Assembly (NCBI GenBank): GCA_024639445.1
Contig: JAHEIJ010000001.1
Location: 1 to 34,874, forward strand
Source: Gammaproteobacteria bacterium
Lineage (GTDB): Bacteria; Pseudomonadota; Gammaproteobacteria; UBA6429; Thiohalophilaceae
DNA: 34,874 bases
Direction: 5' to 3'
The translations under genes and the position numbers were made by a program. Shown one piece after another: positions 18,466-26,560 of this stretch. The number at the start of each line of letters is the position of its first letter. The first letter of the stretch is position 1. Below the pieces are notes generated by a model. It worked only from the letters and a program-made list of their open reading frames with translations, did not search any database and was not told the origin of the DNA.

Positions 18466-19551
18466 TTAATGATTACTTGTCGCTTTCTGCTCATACCAGC
18501 CCCGTGTGGCATTGACAATTTTTACAACCGACAACATTACCGGGACTTCTACCAACACACCGACTACAGTCGCCAGTGCCGCGCCGGAAGAAAAACCAAA
18601 TAAACTAATCGCCGCGGCAACAGCTAACTCGAAGAAGTTACTTGCGCCAATCAATGCGGATGGTGCTGCAACACAATGGGCCACGCCGAGTTGACGGTTA
18701 AGCCAGTAGGCCAGTCCTGAATTAAAATACACCTGGATCAAAATCGGGATGGCCAGCATCAAAATAATCAGAGGCTGCGCTAATATTTGCTCTCCCTGAA
18801 AACCAAATAGCAATACCAGGGTTAATAGCAAGGCGCTCAATGAAACAGGGTGTAATCGTTTTAACAATTTTTCCAGCGCTGCTTCACCGCCTCGCGCAAG
18901 CACAATTCTGCGCCACAATTGTGCAAATGCGACTGGTATAACTATGTACAGAACCACTGACAAAAACAGGGTATCCCATGGCACGATAATCGCCGACAAC
19001 CCCAGCAACAGACCTACAATTGGCGCAAATGCGAAGATCATGATGGTGTCATTTAGTGCAACCTGGGTCAGGGTGAAATGGGGCTCGCCATCAGACAAAT
19101 GACTCCAGACAAATACCATGGCCGTACAGGGTGCTGCCGCTAATATAATCAACCCGGCAATATAGTAATCGAGTTGGTCTGCCGGTAAAAAATCGGCAAA
19201 TATGTGACGGATAAACAACCAGGCAAGCAAGGCCATGGAAAATGGTTTCACTCCCCAGTTAACAAATAGTGTTACGCCAATTCCCTTCCAATGCTCGCGC
19301 ACATGGTGCAAGGCAGCGAAATCTATCTTGAGCAGCATTGGAATTATCATGAGCCATATGAGGATGGCCACCGGGATATTAACCTTGGCGATCTCCAACT
19401 GACCGATAGTCTGAAACGGTATAGGGAAGAAATGACCCAGTGCAATTCCTGCAATAATGCACAGCGCCACCCACAATGTCAGGTAACGCTCAAAAACTCC
19501 CATCTCGGCGCCAAGTGCCTGCTTGGCTGTGGTTTCACATTGCACACTCAT
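18466..19551 (-). CDS. acr3: ACR3 family arsenite efflux transporter
   Basis: 10-TM bile/arsenite/riboflavin-transporter fold with typical ACR3 motifs (LIWLMIIPMLLKIDF, AAAPCTAMVFVWS, GASNFFELAVA). The start overlaps the arsC stop by 1 nt (TAATG). Confidence 0.93.
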   Translation of the reverse strand: MSVQCETTAKQALGAEMGVFERYLTLWVALCIIAGIALGHFFPIPFQTIGQLEIAKVNIPVAILIWLMIIPMLLKIDFAALHHVREHWKGIGVTLFVNWGVKPFSMALLAWLFIRHIFADFLPADQLDYYIAGLIILAAAPCTAMVFVWSHLSDGEPHFTLTQVALNDTIMIFAFAPIVGLLLGLSAIIVPWDTLFLSVVLYIVIPVAFAQLWRRIVLARGGEAALEKLLKRLHPVSLSALLLTLVLLFGFQGEQILAQPLIILMLAIPILIQVYFNSGLAYWLNRQLGVAHCVAAPSALIGASNFFELAVAAAISLFGFSSGAALATVVGVLVEVPVMLSVVKIVNATRGWYEQKATSNH

Positions 19552-19985
19552 TATTCTGGCCTGCTTATATATTGCTTACTGAGGCGATCCAGCAATTCGT
19601 TTACGCGTTGCCTGATATCATCACGACTGGCTCGAAACACGTTCATTACCTGTTCCTCATCTCCACTTGCCTTGGCCGGATCATCCAGTGGCCAGTGCTC
19701 CTTGTGGGTCCCAGCCGGCAACGTCGGGCAATGCTCATCGGCATGGCCACAAACGGTTACGACCAGATCCGCCGCTTGCAGCATATCCTCTGTAACACGC
19801 GTTGATTCCTGAGAAGAAATATCTACCCCTGATTCAGCCATGACCGCGATTGCACGGGGGTTTTTGCCATGGGCTTCAATTCCCGCTGATTGAACCCGCA
19901 ACCACTCGGGCGCAAGTTTCCGAGCCCAGCCTTCTGCCATTTGGGAACGGCATGAATTACCTGTGCATAAAAAAAGAAGATTCAT
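19551..19985 (-). CDS. arsC: Arsenate reductase, LMW-PTP / thioredoxin-coupled type
   Basis: LFLCTGNSCRSQMAEGW P-loop (CX5R) plus the VCGHADEHCP cysteine pair corresponding to Cys82/Cys89 of the pI258-type enzyme. Confidence 0.92.
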   Translation of the reverse strand: MNLLFLCTGNSCRSQMAEGWARKLAPEWLRVQSAGIEAHGKNPRAIAVMAESGVDISSQESTRVTEDMLQAADLVVTVCGHADEHCPTLPAGTHKEHWPLDDPAKASGDEEQVMNVFRASRDDIRQRVNELLDRLSKQYISRPE

Positions 19986-20100
19986 GTTGAATAAAAATCG
20001 TGTTGATGGAAATCTTTAACAGCATAAAACAATAATGTGTAAGTAACTATAGATTGGGTGTTAACACAAAGATAATTCGTTGAGATAAAGAATAAACAAA

Positions 20101-20844
20101 TTACAATCTTTCAGTAATTGTTTTGGCTGCTCTTTTTAGTATAAACGCCCATTCGTCTTTGCGCCGTTCAATCGGTGCGGATATGGACAAGCCACCTACT
20201 ACCTCACCATTATTGTTATGTATTAGCACCCCAATACAACCCACACCAATCTCTGCCTCTTCATCATCGTACGCAAATCCTTGTGTTGTTGCTTGGTGCA
20301 GATTTTCACTCAAATCTTCCAATGAAGTCAGAGTGTGAATGGTGTAAGGCTTAAGACCTGTGCGTTTGCTGTAAGCCTGAATAAATTCAGCTCCGAGCTC
20401 ACCGAGCATGAGTTTGCCAACCGCAGTAACATGCAATGGTGCACGGCTACCAATTACCTGTTCAACCCGCATCATGCGGTTAGGTGTGGCACGTTCGATA
20501 TATATCACTTCATCATTTTCACGTACAGTCAGGTTTATGGTTTCGCCGATTTCATCGCGCAGTTGCTCCATGACATCGCGGGCTTCTTCGCGAAGATCGC
20601 CACCATGACGCGCACGGTTGGCGAGATGTGAGATTTTACGTCCAATGAAGTAGTGACCGGCATTATCCCGTTCTACAAAACCAACTTCGATCAGCGATCC
20701 GAGGATACGAAAAGCCGTCGAGGGATGAAGCCCGGTTTCCGCTGAGAGTATTTTTAAACTGGCAGCGCTGTTACACACAGCAATCGCCTGCATCAGGCGG
20801 GCGGAGCGATCGATAACTTGAATTGATGCGGTTGATTTGTCCAA
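20101..20844 (-). CDS. IclR family transcriptional regulator
   Basis: N-terminal winged HTH (VIDRSARLMQAIA...LKILSAETGLHPSTAFRILGSLIEVGFVE) and a C-terminal IclR effector domain (GVGCIGVLIHNNNGEVVGGLSISAP). The only in-frame start upstream of the HTH is the TTG at 20844. Confidence 0.9.
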   Translation of the reverse strand: MDKSTASIQVIDRSARLMQAIAVCNSAASLKILSAETGLHPSTAFRILGSLIEVGFVERDNAGHYFIGRKISHLANRARHGGDLREEARDVMEQLRDEIGETINLTVRENDEVIYIERATPNRMMRVEQVIGSRAPLHVTAVGKLMLGELGAEFIQAYSKRTGLKPYTIHTLTSLEDLSENLHQATTQGFAYDDEEAEIGVGCIGVLIHNNNGEVVGGLSISAPIERRKDEWAFILKRAAKTITERL

Positions 20845-20847
20845 TTA

Positions 20848-20862
20848 TTTCACATTATGAAA
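20848..20862. promoter_or_regulatory. Palindromic operator candidate, copy 1 (TTTCACATTATGAAA)
   Basis: Inverted half-sites TTTCA/TGAAA lie 4 nt upstream of the IclR start codon. The same 15-mer recurs at 20963 and 20981. Confidence 0.5.
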
Positions 20863-20920
20863 ACGATTGTGTCTTGCGAAATATTAAATTAAAAGCTATT
20901 GTTCATGCAAGAGATTACTT

Positions 20921-20949
20921 AGCGGTGATATGACTACCACCGCTTTTTA
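20921..20949 (+). terminator. Terminator-like hairpin inside the divergent intergenic region
   Basis: Stem AGCGGTG (20921-20927) / CACCGCT (20937-20943) with a 9-nt loop, followed by TTTTTATTT on the plus strand. No annotated plus-strand gene lies upstream of it. Confidence 0.4.
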
Positions 20950-20962
20950 TTTAAGATAAATT

Positions 20963-20995
20963 TTTCACATTGTGAAATCGTTATACATTATGAAA
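20963..20995. promoter_or_regulatory. Palindromic operator candidates, copies 2 and 3 (TTTCACATTGTGAAA and TTATACATTATGAAA)
   Basis: Copy 2 (20963-20977) is a perfect 7-1-7 inverted repeat, TTTCACA-T-TGTGAAA. Copy 3 (20981-20995) matches copy 1 at 13 of 15 positions. Centres are 18 bp apart and lie 50-80 bp upstream of the ThDP-enzyme ATG. Confidence 0.5.
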
Positions 20996-21044
20996 TGTCG
21001 GGTTATTGTACCCCAACGATTTCATCAACACGGAGGAAAGCGTG

Positions 21045-23261
21045 ATGAGTGTTAACACCGCTAAAAAATTCACCGATCTGCCAGGCTTTTGCGAGGGTAT
21101 TCAGTATCTTGGCGAACCATGGGCAGATTATGACAAATATGCCTCTACAGCTGTTATTGCTGAGGGCCAATCAGCCATGGCAAAGATCGACGATGCGGCG
21201 GTCTATCAGACACTGTTGGGTGCGGATGCTTTACGCTATGTCACGCTACAGCTCTGTGGTTCTAAAGGTTCAGGTCATCCCGGCGGCTTTGCATCCAGTG
21301 CGGAAGCCCATGCGGCCTTAATGATGTTAGGTCACACAAATATCGTCACTGAAGTTGGCCATCATGCGCCCGGCTTCTATTCGTCCATGTTCCTCGACGG
21401 TTCGCTGGAAGAGATGGATATCTCTACCATGAATGACATGCAGCAGCGCTTCCGTGAAAAACACGGTTTATTAGGTCACTTATCCGGGGCGATTCCCGGA
21501 TTGCTGTCGCCCGCAGGCCCGCTAGGTCAGGGACAACATTTCGCAATGGCTGGTGCCTATTTACACCGTGATAAATTATTCCCGGTAACGATAGGTGATG
21601 GCGGTATGGGTGAGCCGTATGTTCTCAATGCCATGATGCATTTCAATACCGCCTATCCTGAGGTAACGAATTTCCTGCCTGTTTTAATCTGGAATGGGTA
21701 TTCACAGGAACATCATTCAATGGTTTCTCTGCATAATAATGAGCAGATGATCAACTATTGGAAAGGTCACAAATTTGAAGAAGTTGTTTTGGTTGATGCC
21801 AAAGATTTCGACGACAGTAACCAAGAGGGTGCTTATGTAGATAGCAGCTATTTCTCCTTGAAGAATCGTCTGGCGTTTACACAAGCAGTGCTGGAAGGTA
21901 TTGATAAAGCTGCCAGTTCTGCCATGAATGGTAAATTGACTGCATTTATAATCAAGCAGTTAAAAGGCACCGGCGTTCACACGGTTGGGGCTAAATCACA
22001 TAATTTATATCCAACAGATACATTGGATCAGCCACATATCATTGATGGTTTGCAGCGTCGTGCGCTGCCTGAATCGGCCTGGCAAATCGTTCGTGATAAC
22101 TTTAGTCGTGCTGGCGGAGGTCCTGCAGTTAAAACAGTAGTAACTGAATCTGAGATTGAACTTATCCCATTACCCAGTTTAAAGATGCAGGAATTTTCCA
22201 GGGATGAAAAAGCCGTACCTTCAACAGCGATGGGTGCGTTGGTTGCACAAGTCGGTGAAATTGACAAACGTTTTGTCGTTACGAATGCGGATGGTAATGA
22301 AGCGTCAGCAATGAAGAACATTAATGATGCATTAAAGATTCGCCATCCAACTATGGACCCATTATACAACCAGGAACCGAATGGACAGGTATATGAGCCA
22401 TTGAATGAAGATGCCTGCGCAGGCTTTGCTGCAGGATTGGCTTTATTTGGATCACGTGCGATATGGCTGTCATATGAATCGTTTGCAATCAATGGTTGGC
22501 CTATCATTCAGACTGTAACGCAAGCAATGGCTGAATTACGTCGCAAGACACCATCTATTGTAACCATGTTTACTGCGGGGGCTTTAGAGCAAGGCCGAAA
22601 TGGCTGGACGCACCAACGCCCGGAAATAGAAAACTATTTTGCAGGCATGATGCGTAATGGCAACGTGTATCCATTGTTCCCTTGTGATGCTAATGCGATG
22701 CAAGCAACATATGAATATGCGACTAACAGCTTTAACAAAGGCATGGTGATTATTGCATCGAAAAGTCCATTGCCGGTTTACATGAGTATTGCTGAAGCAC
22801 GCACCGCAGTTGAAGAAGGTGCGGCAACGATCTATGAGTCAGAATCTGGTAACAAAGGCACCGTTGTCTTTGCGGTTACAGGCGACATGATTTATCTGCC
22901 AGTTTTCGAGGCAAAAGACAAGCTTGAAGCTGAGGGTTATAAAGTACGGATTGTTGCAGTATTGAATCCGCGTCGTTTATATCGACCGGGCGATATCGCG
23001 TGGGATACTGTATCGCAACCCGATGATAAATTCATGAGCGATGATGATTTCAATGCGTTATTTCATGGTGATATGTTAATGGCAGTGAGTGGTGGTCCAA
23101 GTGCACCGTTGGAACCGGTGTTGCTGCGCACCACCGCACCAAGACGCGATACCATTTGCTGGAAGCGTGGTGAAACAACAGCATCACCCAATGAGATCAT
23201 GGCATTCAATGGAATTACCCCAGAGATAATGATTGATCGTATTGAGACGTTGATGAAATAG
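21045..23261 (+). CDS. Thiamine-diphosphate enzyme of the transketolase/phosphoketolase superfamily (divergent, single 738-aa polypeptide)
   Basis: N-terminal transketolase-type motifs GSGHPGG, GHHAPGFY, GPLGQG and the ThDP motif GDGGMGEP...NGY. The C-terminal part is collinear with phosphoketolase (IWLSYESF, NGWTHQRPE, CDANAMQA, IIASKSPLPVYMSIAEARTAVEEGAA). GGAGGA lies 7 nt upstream of the ATG at 21045. Confidence 0.85.
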   Translation: MSVNTAKKFTDLPGFCEGIQYLGEPWADYDKYASTAVIAEGQSAMAKIDDAAVYQTLLGADALRYVTLQLCGSKGSGHPGGFASSAEAHAALMMLGHTNIVTEVGHHAPGFYSSMFLDGSLEEMDISTMNDMQQRFREKHGLLGHLSGAIPGLLSPAGPLGQGQHFAMAGAYLHRDKLFPVTIGDGGMGEPYVLNAMMHFNTAYPEVTNFLPVLIWNGYSQEHHSMVSLHNNEQMINYWKGHKFEEVVLVDAKDFDDSNQEGAYVDSSYFSLKNRLAFTQAVLEGIDKAASSAMNGKLTAFIIKQLKGTGVHTVGAKSHNLYPTDTLDQPHIIDGLQRRALPESAWQIVRDNFSRAGGGPAVKTVVTESEIELIPLPSLKMQEFSRDEKAVPSTAMGALVAQVGEIDKRFVVTNADGNEASAMKNINDALKIRHPTMDPLYNQEPNGQVYEPLNEDACAGFAAGLALFGSRAIWLSYESFAINGWPIIQTVTQAMAELRRKTPSIVTMFTAGALEQGRNGWTHQRPEIENYFAGMMRNGNVYPLFPCDANAMQATYEYATNSFNKGMVIIASKSPLPVYMSIAEARTAVEEGAATIYESESGNKGTVVFAVTGDMIYLPVFEAKDKLEAEGYKVRIVAVLNPRRLYRPGDIAWDTVSQPDDKFMSDDDFNALFHGDMLMAVSGGPSAPLEPVLLRTTAPRRDTICWKRGETTASPNEIMAFNGITPEIMIDRIETLMK

Positions 23262-23399
23262 TCGTCATATTGTTGTCCAGGGTTTGGCCGAGGTATCAAT
23301 AATATTTGATATAAAACATCTCTTGACAGGAGATGCTTGGCCAAACTCGGGATAACCGCATGTGACTAGTTCAAAATGTTCTAACCAGAGGCAAAGCCA

Positions 23400-24766
23400 A
23401 TGGCTGAAACCAAAATAATCGTACTTGATGATGATCCAACCGGCTCGCAGACTGTACATAGCTGTTTATTGCTTACCTGTTGGGATATCACAACATTAAA
23501 AGAAGGCTTACTGGATGATGCGCCTTTGTTTTTTGTGTTAACCAACACGCGCGGCATGGATGCTGAATCAGCTGCCGGTATTACCCGTGAAGTTTGTGTT
23601 AATTTGAAACAGGCGCTTGAAGAGATAAATTTATCCGGCCATACGATTAATCCTTTGATTGTAAGTCGTTCTGACTCAACTCTACGCGGGCACTACCCTG
23701 TTGAAACTGATGTAATCGCTGAAGAGTTGGGGCCTTTTGATGCGCACTTCATGGTGCCGGCCTTTTTTGAAGGCGGTCGTTTCACCAAAGATAGTGTACA
23801 TTATTTAATGGTGGACGATAAACCGGTACCTGTGCATGAAACAGAATTTGCACGTGACTCGGTGTTTGGTTATCAACACAGTTACCTGCCTGACTATGTA
23901 GAGGAAAAAACCCAGGGCCGCATCAAGGCCAATGAGGTAGTACGTTTCGGTTAAATGATGTACGTGGCGATAGCCTGGATCGCTTAATGACTCTGTCTGA
24001 CAATCAATGTTGTGTCGTCGATAGTGAGACTCAACAAGACTTGAACAATTTTTGTAGTCAACTGATGACGGCTGCAGAACAGGGAAAGCGATTTCTATTC
24101 CGCAGCGCCGCAAGCTTGTTAACCGCACTATCTCAATTGCCACCGCAACCGGTTAAAGCAGAGAATATGGCGAGTTATGTTCGCAACTCAAAACCAGGCG
24201 CGATTATTGTCGGTTCGCATGTTAAAAAAACAACTCAACAGCTGGATGCCTTGCTGAAAATGCCAGGTATTGGTGCAATTGAAGTTGATGTTGACCGTAT
24301 TGAAAATAATTATCAGTCTTTACGGGAATCAATTTCAGCGAATATCGTAAATATTCACCAGGCAGGCAAAACGGCAGTAATATTTACCAGCCGTTTGGAA
24401 AAGACTTTTACTTCACAAGCAGAGAGACTCGATTTCGGAATGCTGGTATCAGAATTCCTGATGGATATTGTGCGAAACTTACCTGAAAATCTCGGCTTCC
24501 TGATTAGCAAGGGCGGTATCACCTCTAACGATGTACTAAGCAAGGGGCTGAACCTGCGCACATCACGGGTAGTCGGACAGATCTTGCCTGGCTGCTCTGT
24601 AGTGTGTTGTCCGGGCAATCACAGCCGGTTTCCGGACTTGCCAGTGGTCATCTTTCCCGGCAACGTGGGTGATGAACATTCACTAGCTAAAGCTTATGAA
24701 TATCTTGCTCTACATGAGGACTATTCTGATCATGCCGGACGGCCCTTGCAGTCTGCTAATTCTTAA
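23400..24766 (+). pseudogene. Four-carbon acid sugar kinase family (DUF1537) gene split by a frameshift
   Basis: ORF 23400-23954 carries the N-terminal domain (IVLDDDPTGSQTVH...). ORF 23987-24766 carries the C-terminal nucleotide-binding domain (ISKGGITSNDV...FPGNVGD). The second frame is open back to 23936, and the two frames overlap at 23936-23954. This is consistent with a single missing base, or with a sequencing error. Confidence 0.7.
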
Positions 24767-24970
24767 AGTGTAACGGAGTTATCATTTTCTTTAGATAAGC
24801 ATGATAGCTCCCGGGGATCCGTGCACTTTTAATCAGCAGCCTTTCATTAAACATTACAAGCATCAACTCATAACGACATTGCCTGAAATATTGCCAATGG
24901 TTGTTGCTTTACCCGGCTAGAATGAGCAGCACAACTTACAATCGCCGCAACAGAAACCCCAGACATGGCA

Positions 24971-25273
24971 TCAGGGCCCAAGACCACCCGTTTCGGCCCA
25001 GAGCGAAAGTCCCTGATTCATAAAGTTCAACGCCAGCAGAAGGTTGCCAATCAATAATGCGGCCGGGCGCAATTTTATCCCTTGTTTCAATAAATCACTT
25101 ACGCTAATACCCGCACCAATTGCCGTGATGATGAACCCAAATTCACTCATCAATAATGCCGTTAACATTGGTAGTATAAATCCACTGCTTGTGGTTAGTG
25201 GACTAAATCGTAACAACAACAGGGAAAGTAATAACCCAATACCCAGGGTCAGCCAGGGGATAGATTTTCTCAC
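24971..25273 (-). CDS. Small hydrophobic membrane protein (3 TM), hypothetical
   Basis: 100-codon ORF that is almost entirely hydrophobic. It is the last gene of a co-directional cluster and lies 39 nt downstream of the GIDE-like gene. Confidence 0.6.
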   Translation of the reverse strand: MRKSIPWLTLGIGLLLSLLLLRFSPLTTSSGFILPMLTALLMSEFGFIITAIGAGISVSDLLKQGIKLRPAALLIGNLLLALNFMNQGLSLWAETGGLGP

Positions 25274-25312
25274 GACGAAACCTCACACATTAATTTGCAT
25301 GGAAATTGGTGA

Positions 25313-26029
25313 TTACATAGATAACAGGGTTTGCCAATTATCTATAATTAAAAATAACAAAACTAAAGTAACAAAAAATGCACCAAACCAATACCTTGAT
25401 TGTCTTTTTAACTTTCTAACCAGGGTATGCTCATAGTGGGTGCTGATAATAAACGGTATTCCTGGATAGGGGGCACGCGTAATACGGTCGAGTTTTCCCT
25501 TTAAATGTCCGTAACGTTTTACTACGGTTTCTATGCCGCTCTTTGTACTACTATAATTACGAATCTCGTCATCGATTTTGGGCCTGGGGTGAAGTGTATG
25601 TAGCCAACCCAGAATATAAATAGAGTCATCTATTCCTATCCAGGACAGAATGTACAAAGCACCTCCTTCCCGAATCTGTTTACTTTTTCTGGGGTGAACC
25701 TCGGCGCGCAAAGGATCTACAGCACATATGCCGGTTGAATCTGCCACATAAAATCGATCATAACTTTCTCTTGCATCAGTCACCACTCTGCCATTTTCCC
25801 GGCTATTGTATTCAGTCTCATATCGAAACCAGACGCAAGGGATTCCCAAATGTGGCACCAGTAGCGGTCTGTTATTCATATCCACCGTCCTGGCCTTGAT
25901 CTCTACCAGACCCTGCGCAGCTGCGCCAATCGGTGAGGTTGGCAGGTCTTCAAAGCGTCTGGCAATTTGTAATCGATAAAAGGCAATAAATAAAAGTGGC
26001 AACACGGCTAACAGGACCAGATACTCCAC
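25313..26029 (-). CDS. GIDE-domain (MUL1 E3-ligase-like) membrane protein
   Basis: N- and C-terminal TM helices bracket a region that fits the bacterial GIDE family pattern as I recall it: DLPTSPIGAAAQGLVEIKARTV...LLVPHLGIPCVWFRYE...RFYVADSTGICAVDPLRAEV. Confidence 0.7.
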   Translation of the reverse strand: MEYLVLLAVLPLLFIAFYRLQIARRFEDLPTSPIGAAAQGLVEIKARTVDMNNRPLLVPHLGIPCVWFRYETEYNSRENGRVVTDARESYDRFYVADSTGICAVDPLRAEVHPRKSKQIREGGALYILSWIGIDDSIYILGWLHTLHPRPKIDDEIRNYSSTKSGIETVVKRYGHLKGKLDRITRAPYPGIPFIISTHYEHTLVRKLKRQSRYWFGAFFVTLVLLFLIIDNWQTLLSM

Positions 26030-26053
26030 TACCCACTTACTCCTGTAATAAGT

Positions 26054-26524
26054 TTACCTGGTCATCGGTGCCAGGGAAATTCGGCCTTCATTCTCGATCG
26101 GAATCCCTGAATATATGCCCCCAAGATCAAGATTGGCGGCAAATTTATACGTAAACGTATCGCGTGGTTGTCGCACCAGATCAGCAAACAGGCTGATACT
26201 GTTGATTAAATCAGCCGTGGCTGTCAATGTAATATCCCCCTCGCCATAGGCCTCGATCATAGGCAGATCATTTTCTACACCAGCCAATATTTGGCGTCCT
26301 TCAATACTTACTGTGTATGACATACCTTCAAGTACTATTGCCATACGGTTTGGATTGATTACATGCAGACCGATTTCAAAGCGCAGCGCCATGCCCTCCA
26401 AAGCCAACGCTCGAAAAGAAGTGACGCTGACTGTTGGTTCCTTAAAATCTTTTTGTAGACCTGCACAACTAACCAGTAATGCCACAGTGGAAATATAAAC
26501 GACATGCTTGTAAATGTTTATCAT
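26054..26524 (-). CDS. LEA_2 / WHy (LEA14-like) family lipoprotein
   Basis: Lipobox LVSC, then PTVSVTSFRALALEGMALRFEIGLHVINPNRMAIVLEGMSYTVSIEGRQILAG, the characteristic NPN beta-sandwich pattern of LEA type 2 proteins. Confidence 0.8.
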   Translation of the reverse strand: MINIYKHVVYISTVALLVSCAGLQKDFKEPTVSVTSFRALALEGMALRFEIGLHVINPNRMAIVLEGMSYTVSIEGRQILAGVENDLPMIEAYGEGDITLTATADLINSISLFADLVRQPRDTFTYKFAANLDLGGIYSGIPIENEGRISLAPMTR

Positions 26525-26560
26525 TGACTATCTATTTATCACTTGAAGCATAATGTTGTA

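Noticed and set aside
19291-19812. 173-aa and 109-aa plus-strand ORFs spanning the arsC/acr3 junction
   Set aside because: They are antisense to two confidently identified, translationally coupled genes. They have no motifs and a Ser/Cys/Leu-rich shadow composition.
24775-24811. 11-bp hairpin (GGAGTTATCAT / ATGATAGCTCC, one G-U pair, 15-nt loop) just after the kinase stop
   Set aside because: It is possibly the operon terminator, but no U-tract follows it directly and the loop is long. It is not solid enough to annotate as a feature.
24868-24966. 32-codon minus-strand ORF (MSGVSVAAIVSCAAHSSRVKQQPLAIFQAMSL) starting 5 nt after the stop of the 100-aa membrane protein
   Set aside because: It is too short to support from sequence alone and has no clear RBS or recognisable motif. 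I note it only as something ribosome profiling could test.
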